Assembly: GCA_041651175.1 (NCBI GenBank)
Contig: JBAZJT010000002.1
Location: 17,322-81,321, forward strand
Source of the DNA: Elusimicrobiales bacterium
Lineage (GTDB): Bacteria; Elusimicrobiota; Elusimicrobia; Elusimicrobiales; Elusimicrobiaceae
Direction of reading: 5' to 3'
DNA: 64,000 bases
The position numbers and the translations under genes were made by a program. The notes under the pieces were generated by a model that was not told where the DNA came from, ran no database searches, and was given only the letters and a program-made list of their open reading frames with translations. Shown one piece after another: positions 34,655-44,441 of this stretch (within the stretch, counting starts at the first letter, position 1; each line of letters opens with the position of its first letter).

Positions 34655-35723
34655 CCGCCGCTGTAAGGTTGGCGAGCGCGAAGTCCAGCGCCTTGCCCGC
34701 CATTTGCAGCGCGTCGGCCCGTTTGGACACGGACTCGCGCATAATTTCCGCCAGCCGGCTGGCGTTTCCCGCCGGAAAAATCCTGCCGGAAAAGCCGTCT
34801 TTTATTATTTCGCGGTGGCCGCCAATGTCGCTGGCTATCACCGGCACGCCCATCGCCATTGATTCGCGCAGCGAGCCGGAAACCGCCTCCCCCGCGATTG
34901 CGGCGTTGACGCTTGCCGACAGGACCGAAATTATTTCCGGCACATCCTCCCGGAACCCCAGCAGGCGCAGACGCTGTTCGCCCAGGCCGAGCTTGCGCGC
35001 CTCGCCCTTTATCCATTCCCCGTCGGTGTCCCTGCCGGCGCAGACGAAAGCCGCCTTTACGTTCTGCTTCAGCAGTCCTGCGGCTGCGGCAAGGAAAATG
35101 TGCTGGCCCTTGTCGCGGCTGCAATTGCCGATAAGCCCTATTATCGGCATGCCGTCGGGAAAGCCCAGTTCCCCCAGCACGGCCCAGTCCGGCTTGCGTG
35201 GCGCAAAGCGCGTTTCGTCCACGCCGCTGTAGACGACGGTTATTTTTTCGCGGGCTATGCCGTAATCGGCCAGTATTTGCGCCACCGCTTCCGCCACGGC
35301 GATATAGCCGCTCACGCGCGGGCTTTTGTACTTGAACCGGCTGAACAGGTTGCGCCGCAGCGGATGCGACACCCTGCGCGAAACGATAAACGGCGCGCGG
35401 TGCGCCGCTATGTAACAGGCCGCCAGTCCCGCCGCGTGCGCCATGGGATGATGCGCGTGTATTATGTCCGGCTTTTCGGCGTCTATCAGCCTTGCCAGCT
35501 TGAGCGCCGCGGCTATGTCGTAATCCTGAAAAGGCTGCCAGTTGATGGTTCTGACCCCGCAGCACGATGCGCGGGCGAAAAGCGTGCCGTTCCGGGGGCA
35601 GATGGCCACCACCTCCCAGCCGTGCCTTGCCAGCCCCTGCGCCAGCATCAGCATCTGCGTCGCGCCGCCGGACCAGCCGACGCTTTCGCTTATAAGGAAG
35701 ATCTTGCCGCGCGAGTTGTCCAT
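34539..35723 (-). CDS. glycosyltransferase family 4 (GT-B, RfaG-like)
   Basis: 394 aa. SVGWSGGATQMLMLAQGL N-terminus. C-terminal GEAVSGSLRESMAMGVPVIASDIGGHREII (EX7E-like region). The 3' end overlaps the mscS-family gene convergently by 116 nt. Confidence 0.8.
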   Translation of the reverse strand: MDNSRGKIFLISESVGWSGGATQMLMLAQGLARHGWEVVAICPRNGTLFARASCCGVRTINWQPFQDYDIAAALKLARLIDAEKPDIIHAHHPMAHAAGLAACYIAAHRAPFIVSRRVSHPLRRNLFSRFKYKSPRVSGYIAVAEAVAQILADYGIAREKITVVYSGVDETRFAPRKPDWAVLGELGFPDGMPIIGLIGNCSRDKGQHIFLAAAAGLLKQNVKAAFVCAGRDTDGEWIKGEARKLGLGEQRLRLLGFREDVPEIISVLSASVNAAIAGEAVSGSLRESMAMGVPVIASDIGGHREIIKDGFSGRIFPAGNASRLAEIMRESVSKRADALQMAGKALDFALANLTAAAMVAKTEQRYLELISRRAAHAESASDTPGAGPAAQALP

Positions 35724-35770
35724 ATAGAATTAACGCCGCGCCGCGCGCCTTTATTGCCGCCGCGGAAATT

Positions 35771-35779
35771 TGCTAGATT
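35771..35779 (+). promoter_or_regulatory. extended -10-like box TGCTAGATT upstream of guaA / pur operon
   Basis: Lies 59 nt upstream of the guaA ATG (35839) in the 112-nt divergent spacer. Same core as the boxes at 53753-53761 and 62408-62416. Confidence 0.35.
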
Positions 35780-35835
35780 AAATTGTACCAAGGTGCTGTC
35801 CGTTATCCGAAAAAATTTCCGTCGCGGAGGCCCCA

Positions 35836-37383
35836 TTGATGAGCGGAGCCGGAACGATAATTGTGCTGGACTTCGGTAGCCAGTACACCCAGCTTATAGC
35901 GCGCAGGCTGCGCGAGCGGGGGGTTTATGCCGAGATACTGCCTTTTCACGCGCCGGCGGGGGAGATAAAAGCCAAAAACCCCGCCGGCCTTGTCTTTTCC
36001 GGCGGGCCGGCCAGCGTGCACCAGGCCAAATCCCCCAGGCCGGACCCGGCGGTATACTCAATGGGGCTGCCGGTGCTGGGGATATGCTACGGCATGCAGC
36101 TTCTGGCCAGCGAAAGCGGCGGCAAAGTCGCCCCCGCCGGAAAGCGGGAATATGGTTTTGCGGAAGTTTCCGTTTCGCTCAAAAATTGCCCGCTTTTCGC
36201 GGGGGTCAAACCGCGCTTCAAGGCGTGGATGAGCCACGGCGACGCCGTTGAAAACACCGGCGCGGGCTTCCGCTCCGCCGCGAAAACCGCCGATTCCGGT
36301 TTTGCCGCCGCCGTGGACGCAAAACGCGGTTGGTATGCGGTGCAGTTCCATCCCGAAGTCGCGCATACCGGCGAAGGCGCCAAAATACTGGATAATTTTG
36401 CCCGCAAAATCTGCGGCGTGAAAGGCCGGTGGACGCCGGCCTCCATGATTGAGGAATCCGTCGCCCGCATAAAAGAGCAGGCCGGCGGGGACAGCGTCAT
36501 ATGCGGCCTCTCTGGCGGGGTGGATTCGTCGGTGGTGGCCGCGCTTGCCCAGCGCGCGGTCGGCGACCGGCTTTTCTGCATTTTCGTGGACACCGGCCTG
36601 CTGCGCGCCGGAGACAGGGAGCGCGTTGAAAAGCACCTTGGCCGCGAGCTGGGGCTGCGCGTCAAAACCGTGGACGCCTCCGCGCTGTTTCTCAAGCGGC
36701 TTTCCGGTGTGGAAGAGCCGGAAAAAAAGCGCAAAATAATCGGCAAAACCTTCATAGAGGTCTTTGAGCGCGAGGCCCGCCGCGTCAAAAACGCCAAATT
36801 CCTGGCACAGGGGACGCTGTATCCCGATGTTATAGAGTCGGTTTCCGTGCTGGGGCCTTCGGCGGCGATAAAAAGCCATCATAATGTGGGCGGCCTGCCG
36901 GAGAAAATGAAGCTAAAGCTCATAGAGCCGCTGCGCTTCCTGTTCAAGGACGAGGTGCGCGCGCTGGGCCGCAGCATGGGCATTTCAGACGAGATTCTGG
37001 AAATACAGCCTTTTCCCGGACCCGGCCTTGCCATACGGATACTGGGCGAAGTTACGCCCCAGCGGCTGGCGCTGGTCCGCGCGGCGGACGCCATCGCGCG
37101 CGAGGAATTGCGGCGCGACGGCTGGCACAGGAAGGCGTGGCAGTCTTTTGCCGCGCTGCTGCCGGTTAAATCGGTGGGTGTGATGGGCGACGAGCGCACC
37201 TACGAAAACGTAATCGCGCTGCGCTCGGTGGACAGTTCCGACGGCATGACCGCGGACTGGACCCGCCTCCCGCACGAACTGCTGCGGCGCATATCCAGCC
37301 GCATAGTAAGCGAACTTAGGGGAATAAACAGGGTTGTCTATGACATCACTTCAAAACCGCCCGCAACAATTGAATGGGAATGA
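35836..37383 (+). CDS. guaA: GMP synthase (glutamine-hydrolysing)
   Basis: 515 aa. GATase ICYGMQL. PP-loop GLSGGVDSSV. C-terminal dimerisation domain ending TIEWE. The track start is TTG 35836, with ATG at 35839. GGAGG Shine-Dalgarno. Confidence 0.95.
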   Translation: MMSGAGTIIVLDFGSQYTQLIARRLRERGVYAEILPFHAPAGEIKAKNPAGLVFSGGPASVHQAKSPRPDPAVYSMGLPVLGICYGMQLLASESGGKVAPAGKREYGFAEVSVSLKNCPLFAGVKPRFKAWMSHGDAVENTGAGFRSAAKTADSGFAAAVDAKRGWYAVQFHPEVAHTGEGAKILDNFARKICGVKGRWTPASMIEESVARIKEQAGGDSVICGLSGGVDSSVVAALAQRAVGDRLFCIFVDTGLLRAGDRERVEKHLGRELGLRVKTVDASALFLKRLSGVEEPEKKRKIIGKTFIEVFEREARRVKNAKFLAQGTLYPDVIESVSVLGPSAAIKSHHNVGGLPEKMKLKLIEPLRFLFKDEVRALGRSMGISDEILEIQPFPGPGLAIRILGEVTPQRLALVRAADAIAREELRRDGWHRKAWQSFAALLPVKSVGVMGDERTYENVIALRSVDSSDGMTADWTRLPHELLRRISSRIVSELRGINRVVYDITSKPPATIEWE

Positions 37384-38236
37384 GCTGCCTCTGCCGCTTC
37401 TGCGCCGCGGCAAGGTAAGGGACGTCTACGATTTGGGCGATAAGCTGCTGCTGCTAGCCACGGACCGCCTGTCGGCCTTTGACTGGGTGCTGCCGACTCC
37501 GGTCCCGGAAAAAGGCGCGCTGCTTACCGCCATCAGCGAATTCTGGTTCGGCAAAACCGCGCATATCGCGCCCAATCATTTCATCTCCCGCCCTAAGGAA
37601 ATCGGCGGCGTGAAACTTTCCGATTGGCAGGCCGCGCGCGCCACGCTGGTTAAAAAGGCCAAACGCATAGATTATGAATGCGTTGTGCGCGGCTGGCTGT
37701 CCGGCTCCGGCTGGAGCGAGTATGAGAAAACCGGCGCGGTTTGCGGCGAGAAGCTGCCGCCCGGGCTGCATGAATCCGAGAGGCTGCCCGTCCCGATATT
37801 CACCCCCGCCGCCAAAAACGACACCGGCCATGACGAGAACGTCAGCTTCGCCCGCATGGCTGCGGACTTGGGCGCGGAAAAAGCCGCCGCTTTGCGCGAT
37901 TTAAGCCTCGCCCTTTACAATTTCGGCGCGCAATGGCTGGAGCCGCGCGGCATAATCCTTGCCGACACCAAATTTGAGTTCGGCGAAATAGACGGCGAAA
38001 TAACCGTCATAGACGAGCTGCTGACGCCGGATTCCTCGCGTTTCTGGGACAAGACTTTCTGGAAGCCCGGCGGCTCGCCGCCCAGTTTTGACAAGCAGTT
38101 CGCGCGCGATTACCTGAGCGGCTGCGGCTGGGACAAAAACTCCCCGCCTCCGCCGCTTCCGCCGGAGATAACGGAAAAAACGGCGGCCAGATACAGGGAG
38201 GCTTTCTCCCGGATAACGGAGCGGACATGGAAATAG
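37340..38236 (+). CDS. purC: phosphoribosylaminoimidazole-succinocarboxamide (SAICAR) synthase
   Basis: GKVRDVYDLGDKLLLLATDRLSAFD, ECVVRGWLSGSGW, ILADTKFEFG. The track start 37334 is TTG, and the first ATG is 37340. Overlaps the guaA 3' end. Confidence 0.9.
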   Translation: MTSLQNRPQQLNGNELPLPLLRRGKVRDVYDLGDKLLLLATDRLSAFDWVLPTPVPEKGALLTAISEFWFGKTAHIAPNHFISRPKEIGGVKLSDWQAARATLVKKAKRIDYECVVRGWLSGSGWSEYEKTGAVCGEKLPPGLHESERLPVPIFTPAAKNDTGHDENVSFARMAADLGAEKAAALRDLSLALYNFGAQWLEPRGIILADTKFEFGEIDGEITVIDELLTPDSSRFWDKTFWKPGGSPPSFDKQFARDYLSGCGWDKNSPPPPLPPEITEKTAARYREAFSRITERTWK

Positions 38237-38673
38237 AGGTTTGCCTTAAACCGCAGTTCATGGACGCCGGCGCCGCCGGCGCGATGCACGAGTTAAACCT
38301 GGCGGGGGAGGCGGAAATCTCCGCCGCCAGAACCGCCAGGATTTACTCATTTTCCGGCGATATTCCCCGCGCGCGGCTGGGCGAAATCGCGGGAAAGCTG
38401 CTCTGCGACCCTGTAACCGAAAGCTGGGGTTTTTCGCCTTACCTTTTGCCGGAAAAGGGCTGGAAGCGGGTGGAGGTTCGGTTCAAAAATTCCGTTACCG
38501 ACCCCGCCGGCGAAAGCGTGGAGGAGGCCCTTGCCGGGAAACTGCCGCCGGGCTGCCGGGTGCGCTGCGCCGACGTGTATCTGTTCAAGACCGCCGCCGG
38601 GGCGCAAAAGCTGGAGCGCGCCGTGCTGGATACCCTCGCAAACGAGCTTGTGTGCGCCGTAAAGGTGATATAA
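38227..38673 (+). CDS. purS: PurS-like FGAM synthase subunit, double length (two PurS-like halves)
   Basis: 148 aa versus ~80 aa for typical PurS. The second half, RVEVRFKNSVTDPAGESVEEAL..VRCADVYLF, is PurS-like. Position between purC and purL. Confidence 0.65.
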   Translation: MEIEVCLKPQFMDAGAAGAMHELNLAGEAEISAARTARIYSFSGDIPRARLGEIAGKLLCDPVTESWGFSPYLLPEKGWKRVEVRFKNSVTDPAGESVEEALAGKLPPGCRVRCADVYLFKTAAGAQKLERAVLDTLANELVCAVKVI

Positions 38674-38675
38674 CC

Positions 38676-41090
38676 ATGCCAACCCTTGCAAAACCCCTTC
38701 CCGTAAAAGCGGAACTTGAGGATTTCCTGAAACTCTCCGGCTCGTCGCTCTTGGCCCTGAGCAAAGAATACGGCTGGTCGCTCAACCGGCCTGAGATGGA
38801 GTTGGCGCAAAAGTATTTCGGAAAGCTGGGCCGTCCGCCCTCGCGCGGCGAGATGGAGACCATAGCCCAGACCTGGTCCGAGCATTGCAAGCACAAGACG
38901 TTCTCCGGCCCCGTGAAATTCACAAGCGGCGGCAGAACCGAGCGCATCCCCAATCTTTTCAAGGAAACCATAGTAAAGGCCACGCGCGAACTGGACAAGA
39001 AATGGTGCCTGTCGGTTTTTGAAGACAATGCCGGCGTGGTGGAATTCGGCAAAGGCGGCAAATGGGCGCTGGCCTTCAAGGCCGAAACCCACAACCACCC
39101 CTGCGCGCTGGAGCCGTACGGCGGCTCGGAAACCGGCGTGGGCGGCGTTATCCGCGACGTGTTGGGAGTGGGGCTTGGCGCAAAACCGGTGCTTAACACC
39201 GATATTTTCTGCTTCGCGCCGCCGGGACTGCGCGAAAACCTGCCGCAAAGCGCGCTTGCGCCGGAGCGGGTGCTGCGCGGCGTCGTAACCGGCGTGCGCG
39301 ATTACGGCAACCGCATGGGCATACCGACTGCGGCGGGCGCGGTGTGCTTTGACAAGGGGTATATGCTCAACCCGCTGGTGTTTGTGGGCACCGTCGGCAT
39401 AATGCCGCGCAAGGCGGTGCATAAGGAAGTCCGCCCTGGCGACCTTATAGTCTGCGCCGGCGGCAGGACAGGCCGGGACGGCATTCACGGCGCGACATTC
39501 TCCTCCGCGGATATAGACGAGGATTCGCCGGCGTCGGCTGTGCAGATAGGCCATCCCCTTAACGAAAAGCGGGTGCTGGACGCGCAGCTTAAAGCGCGCG
39601 ACCGCAGCCTTTACCGCGGGGTTACGGATTGCGGCGCGGGCGGGTTTTCCTCGGCAATCGGCGAACTGGGCGCGGAAACCGGCGCGCGGGTGTATCTGGA
39701 GCGCGCGCCGCTCAAGGACGCCGCCGTGCTGGACTGGGAAATCTGGGTTTCCGAATCCCAGGAGCGCATGATATACGCCGTCCCTCCGGGAAAACTGCGC
39801 GAGTTTGAGAATGTTTTCGCGGGCGAGGGCTGCCAGACCGCCGTGCTGGGCGAGTTTTCCGGCAAAAGGCTTTGCGTAACCTATAACGGAAAAACAGTGG
39901 TTGACCTGGATATGGAATTCCTGCACGGCGCCTGCCCCAAAATAGAAAAACCCGCCGTCTGGAAGCCGGCAAAGCCGCGCCGCGCAAAACTTCGCAAAAC
40001 CGGCGCCCGGTTTTTAGAGGACATGCTGGCAAACCTCAATATTTGCAGCCGGGAGTTCATGATACGCCAGTACGACCACGAGGTGCAGGGCGGCACGGTC
40101 TTAAAGCCGCTTTCCGGCGCAAACGGCGGCCCGCAGGACGGCTGCGTCATCTGGCCGCATGCCGCCACCGGCGACACCCGCGATTATTGCGGCTTTGCCG
40201 CGGCGCACGGCATCAACCCCGCCGCCGGCAAAATAGACCCCTACGAGATGGCCCTCCAGTGCGCCGACGAGGCGATGCGCGGCCTGGCCTGCATGGGCGC
40301 GGACGTCTCCCGCGCGGCTTTGCTGGACAATTTCTGCTGGGGCAGCCCGGAGAACAAAACGCTCATGGGCGCGCTGGTGCTGGCCGCGCGCGGCTGCTAC
40401 GACGCCGCAAAGGCGTATCAGGCGCCGTTTATATCGGGCAAGGACAGTTTTTACAACCAGGCCAAAGACGCGCGCGGCAGGAATTTGGCCATTCCCTGCA
40501 CTCTGCTGGTTTCGGCTGTGGCGCCGGTGGAGGATGTGCGGCGCACAATCAGCTCGGATTTGAAGCGCGACGGCTCCGCGCTCTATATTCTGGGCGCGAC
40601 GCGCGACGATATCGGCCCCTCGGTATACCGCGAGATGACGGGGATAAGCTGCAACAGCCTTTCAAAGACCGATGCCGCCGGGAATTTCGCGCTCTACAAG
40701 GCGCTGGCAAAGGCGATGGGCAGGGGGCTGGTCCTGTCGGCGCATGACTGTTCTCAGGGCGGGCTTGCCGTCTGCGCGGCGGAAATGGCTTTTGCCGGCG
40801 GCATCGGCGCGGAAATAGTGCTGGACGCCGCGCCTTATGAAGGCCCCGGCCTTTCGCCGGAGATGCTGCTGTATTCCGAAACCTCCGGCAGAATACTGCT
40901 TGAAGTTTCTCCGCAGGACGAGAAAAAATTCCTCGCCGCCATGAAGGGCTTTGCCGCCGCGCGCATAGGCCGCACAGGCGGGAAGGAGCTGGGCTTTGTC
41001 TGGCAGGGCGCGCCGTATCTGGCGGCGGATATTGAAAGGCTGCGGCTGCGCTGGCAAAACGGCCTGGTGGCCGCGCTGGAGGGAAAATGA
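38676..41090 (+). CDS. purL: phosphoribosylformylglycinamidine synthase II
   Basis: WSEHCKHKTF, KAETHNHPCALEPYGGSETGVGGVIRD, duplicated AIRS-like domains. I prefer ATG 38676 to the track GTG 38652. Confidence 0.9.
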   Translation: MPTLAKPLPVKAELEDFLKLSGSSLLALSKEYGWSLNRPEMELAQKYFGKLGRPPSRGEMETIAQTWSEHCKHKTFSGPVKFTSGGRTERIPNLFKETIVKATRELDKKWCLSVFEDNAGVVEFGKGGKWALAFKAETHNHPCALEPYGGSETGVGGVIRDVLGVGLGAKPVLNTDIFCFAPPGLRENLPQSALAPERVLRGVVTGVRDYGNRMGIPTAAGAVCFDKGYMLNPLVFVGTVGIMPRKAVHKEVRPGDLIVCAGGRTGRDGIHGATFSSADIDEDSPASAVQIGHPLNEKRVLDAQLKARDRSLYRGVTDCGAGGFSSAIGELGAETGARVYLERAPLKDAAVLDWEIWVSESQERMIYAVPPGKLREFENVFAGEGCQTAVLGEFSGKRLCVTYNGKTVVDLDMEFLHGACPKIEKPAVWKPAKPRRAKLRKTGARFLEDMLANLNICSREFMIRQYDHEVQGGTVLKPLSGANGGPQDGCVIWPHAATGDTRDYCGFAAAHGINPAAGKIDPYEMALQCADEAMRGLACMGADVSRAALLDNFCWGSPENKTLMGALVLAARGCYDAAKAYQAPFISGKDSFYNQAKDARGRNLAIPCTLLVSAVAPVEDVRRTISSDLKRDGSALYILGATRDDIGPSVYREMTGISCNSLSKTDAAGNFALYKALAKAMGRGLVLSAHDCSQGGLAVCAAEMAFAGGIGAEIVLDAAPYEGPGLSPEMLLYSETSGRILLEVSPQDEKKFLAAMKGFAAARIGRTGGKELGFVWQGAPYLAADIERLRLRWQNGLVAALEGK

Positions 41091-41821
41091 GCAAAGCGAA
41101 AGTCCTTGTGGTGCGCGCCCCCGGCACCAACTGCGACTGCGAGACGGCGGATTCCTTCCGCCACCTAGGCGCGGCGGCGCAGGCGGTTGTTATCGGCGAT
41201 ATAGTCTCCGGCAAAACCGCGTTTTCGGATTTTGACATCGCCGCTTTCCCCGGCGGGTTTTCCTACGGCGATTATATCGCCGCCGGCAGAATTCACGCCG
41301 CCGCGCTGGATAAAGTGCGCGGCGAACTTGAGCGTTTCATAAAATCCGGCAGGCCGGTAATCGGGATATGCAACGGCTTCCAGATCCTTGTGAAGGCCGG
41401 TCTGCTGCCTTTTGCCGGCGGGCAGAGCGCGAGCTTTACCTTCAACGACAACGGGCGCTTCACCGCCAGATGGGTGCGGCTGAAGGTCAACCCCAAAAGC
41501 CGCTGCCTGTTCACCCAAAACCTGCCGGCGGAGATTGACCTGCCCATCGCCCACGGCGAGGGGAAATTCGTAACGCGGTCCGCCGCGGTGTTGTCCGAAA
41601 TACGGGCGGGGCATTGCGCCGCGCTGCAATATGTTGAAAACCCCAACGGCGCGCAGGACGATATCGCCGGGCTTTGCAACCCGGAAGGCAACTGTTTCGG
41701 GCTTATGCCGCATCCGGAGCGGTTCGCCTTCCCGTTCCAGCATCCGGGCTGGCGCAAAAACCGCTCCTCCCGCGCCGACGGGATGGATATACTGGCCAAC
41801 GCGGTCAGATACGTCAACTAG
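41087..41821 (+). CDS. purQ: phosphoribosylformylglycinamidine synthase I (glutaminase)
   Basis: 244 aa. PGTNCDCE, GGFSYGDY, catalytic GICNGFQ, MPHPER. ATGA overlap with purL. Confidence 0.9.
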   Translation: MSKAKVLVVRAPGTNCDCETADSFRHLGAAAQAVVIGDIVSGKTAFSDFDIAAFPGGFSYGDYIAAGRIHAAALDKVRGELERFIKSGRPVIGICNGFQILVKAGLLPFAGGQSASFTFNDNGRFTARWVRLKVNPKSRCLFTQNLPAEIDLPIAHGEGKFVTRSAAVLSEIRAGHCAALQYVENPNGAQDDIAGLCNPEGNCFGLMPHPERFAFPFQHPGWRKNRSSRADGMDILANAVRYVN

Positions 41822-41829
41822 GAAAAAAT

Positions 41830-43182
41830 ATGTGCGGAATATTTGCGATAGCCAATCATAAAGACAGCGCGAGGCTGGCCCACCTGGGGCTTTTCTCGCT
41901 TCAGCACCGCGGGCAGGAAAGCGCGGGGATTGTCGTGGATAACGGAGGCAAACTCTCCGCCTGCGTGGGGATGGGGCTGGTCGCCAATGTGTTTTCCGAC
42001 GAGATTCTGGCGCATATGCCCGGAACCGGCGCGGTGGGGCATGTGCGCTACTCCACCGCCGGGGCCAGTATGATAAAAAACGCCCAGCCGCTTTTATACA
42101 GCCACATTCACGGGCAGGTGTCCATCGCGCATAACGGCACACTCACCAACGCGCTCGCCCTGCGCCGCGAACTGGAGAAAAAGGGCGCCATTTTCCAGTC
42201 CTCCACCGACAGCGAGATAATAGTCCATCTCATGGCGCGCGAAAAAGGCCCGCTGGAAAACGCGGTGGTCAAAAGCCTGCCCAAACTCTGCGGCTCTTAT
42301 TCCTTTATTTTTCTTGCGCCGGGGAAAATCATCGCGGCGCGCGACCCGCTGGGGTTCCGCCCGCTGGTGCTGGGCCGGGCGGGAAAGTCGTACATTCTCG
42401 CCTCCGAAACTCCGGCCATAGAAACCGCCGGCGGCAAAATAGTGCGCGAGATTGAGCCGGGGGAGGTAATCTCCATTTCCGGCGGGGTTTGCAAGACGGT
42501 GCACAGGTTCAAAAGCCCCGGAAAAACCGCAATCTGCATTTTTGAGAGGATTTATTTCGCCAGGCCGGACGCAATAGTGGAGGGCAAAAGCATACAGTCC
42601 TGCCGTTACGACATGGGCCGGCGGCTGGCGCGCGAGATGAAGGGAATCAAAGCGGACATGGTTGTGCCGGTCCCGGATTCCGGCACTCACGCGGCGTTCG
42701 GGTTCTCCAAGGAATCGGGCATACCGCTTAAAATGGCGCTGATGCGGAATCATTACATGGGCCGCTCCTTCATAAACTTCACCCAGTCCATAAGGGAGCT
42801 GACGGTGCGCCTCAAGCTTTCCCCCATCACGGATCTGGTGAAGGGAAAGGACATAATCCTCTGCGACGATTCCATAGTGCGCGGCACCACCTCGCGCAAA
42901 ATAGTCGCGGGGCTGCGCCGGGCGGGCGCGCGGAAAATTTATATGGCCATCTCCTCGCCGCCCATCATCTCGCCCTGCTATTACGGAATAGACACTCCCA
43001 CAAAAGAAGAGCTTATCGCCAACCGTATGAATGTGGAGGAGACGCGCCGCTACCTCGGCGCGGACGGCCTGCACTACCTGAGCGAGGCCAGCCTGCTGGA
43101 AGCCGCCGGCGGGACGGAAAACGTCTTCTGCACGGCCTGCTTCACGGGAAAATATCCGGCAAAGAACCCGGATTTCGCATGA
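41830..43182 (+). CDS. purF: amidophosphoribosyltransferase
   Basis: Ntn start MCGIFAI. LQHRGQESAGI. PRT motif DIILCDDSIVRGTT. The track ORF begins upstream at 41674 inside purQ, which I rejected as the start. Confidence 0.9.
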   Translation: MCGIFAIANHKDSARLAHLGLFSLQHRGQESAGIVVDNGGKLSACVGMGLVANVFSDEILAHMPGTGAVGHVRYSTAGASMIKNAQPLLYSHIHGQVSIAHNGTLTNALALRRELEKKGAIFQSSTDSEIIVHLMAREKGPLENAVVKSLPKLCGSYSFIFLAPGKIIAARDPLGFRPLVLGRAGKSYILASETPAIETAGGKIVREIEPGEVISISGGVCKTVHRFKSPGKTAICIFERIYFARPDAIVEGKSIQSCRYDMGRRLAREMKGIKADMVVPVPDSGTHAAFGFSKESGIPLKMALMRNHYMGRSFINFTQSIRELTVRLKLSPITDLVKGKDIILCDDSIVRGTTSRKIVAGLRRAGARKIYMAISSPPIISPCYYGIDTPTKEELIANRMNVEETRRYLGADGLHYLSEASLLEAAGGTENVFCTACFTGKYPAKNPDFA

Positions 43183-44441
43183 ACATACTTTTAATCGGCT
43201 CCGGCGGAAGGGAACATGCGGTAGCGTGGAAGCTGGCGCAAAGCCCGTCGCTGGGAACATTATATTGCGCGCCCTCCTCCGCCGCGATAGCGGAGCTGGC
43301 GCAGACCGCCCCGGTTGACGCGGAGGATTTCGCCGCCGTCGCGGACTTCTGCGCCGGCAAATCGGTTGATTTGGTTTTCGTGGGGCCGGAGGCGCCGCTT
43401 GCCGCCGGAATCGCCGATTTCCTGCGCGCGCGCGGCATTGCCGTGTTCGGGCCGGGCAGGGAGGGGGCGCTGCTGGAAGCCTCCAAAAGCCGGGCCAAGC
43501 AGTTCATGCTCAGATACGGCATTCCCACCGCCGCGGCGCGGACTTTCGACGACGCCGCCGCGGCAAAGGCTGCGGTGATGGAATCCCCGCTGCCGGTTGT
43601 GGTCAAAGCCGACGGGCTTGCCGCCGGAAAAGGCGTGCGGGTGTGCTTTACCCGCGAAGACGCGCTTGCCGCCGTATCCGATTTCATGGAGAAGAAAATT
43701 TTCGGCGGCGCGGGCGCGCGCGCGGTGCTGGAGGAGTTCATGACGGGAAGCGAAGCCTCCGCCATGGCTTTCTGCGACGGCAAAAAATGCCTGCCGCTTC
43801 CCCTTGCGCGCGACCACAAACGGCTGCTGGACGGCGACAAGGGCCCCAACACCGGCGGCATGGGCGCCTGCTGCCCGCTGCCGGATGTTGACTCAAAAAC
43901 CAAAGCCGCCATCGCCTCCATTTTTGACGGTTTCCTGCGCGGCATAGCCGGAGACGGGATTGATTACCGCGGCGTCATATACGCCGGGCTGATGCTGACG
44001 CCTCAGGGGCCCAAGGTGGTGGAATTCAACTGCCGGCTGGGCGACCCGGAAACGCAATGCCTGCTGCCAATGCTGGACTGCGACCTGGCGGCAGCCGCAA
44101 AAGCCTGCGCCGACGGCAATCTTCCCGCCGGCGCAATCCCCGTCAAAAGCGGGGCCTGCGCCGCCGTGGTGCTGGCCGCGCGCGGCTATCCCGATTCGCC
44201 GGAGAAGGGAAAAATAATCTCCGGCCTTGAAAACGCGGCGCGGCTGGAAAACACCGCGCTGTTCCACGCCGGGACCGCAAAAACCGCCGACGGCTGGGTT
44301 ACAGCTGGCGGGCGGGTGCTGGCGGCAAGCGCGCTGGGCGCGGATTTGCCCGCCGCAATCGCGGCGGCCTACAGGGCCGCCGCTGAAATCCGTTTTGACG
44401 GAATGCAATACCGCGGGGACATAGGATTATGGAAAAAATAA
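43179..44441 (+). CDS. purD: phosphoribosylamine-glycine ligase
   Basis: 420 aa. MNILLIGSGGREHA, VVKADGLAAGKGV, EFNCRLGDPE. Confidence 0.9.
   Translation: MNILLIGSGGREHAVAWKLAQSPSLGTLYCAPSSAAIAELAQTAPVDAEDFAAVADFCAGKSVDLVFVGPEAPLAAGIADFLRARGIAVFGPGREGALLEASKSRAKQFMLRYGIPTAAARTFDDAAAAKAAVMESPLPVVVKADGLAAGKGVRVCFTREDALAAVSDFMEKKIFGGAGARAVLEEFMTGSEASAMAFCDGKKCLPLPLARDHKRLLDGDKGPNTGGMGACCPLPDVDSKTKAAIASIFDGFLRGIAGDGIDYRGVIYAGLMLTPQGPKVVEFNCRLGDPETQCLLPMLDCDLAAAAKACADGNLPAGAIPVKSGACAAVVLAARGYPDSPEKGKIISGLENAARLENTALFHAGTAKTADGWVTAGGRVLAASALGADLPAAIAAAYRAAAEIRFDGMQYRGDIGLWKK

Noticed and set aside
35724-35835. Purine/guanine riboswitch upstream of guaA
   Set aside because: The ~50-nt putative leader has no three-way-junction-like paired elements or conserved purine-riboswitch loops that I can recognise. 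Only trivial A/T stems are present.
41674-41829. Track start of purF inside purQ (and similarly 30069 for the membrane protein, 38652 for purL, 20840 for folP)
   Set aside because: PurF must begin with the Ntn nucleophile MCG. The other upstream extensions overlap the preceding genes and lack conservation-like sequence. I preferred downstream starts, most of them preceded by a Shine-Dalgarno sequence.
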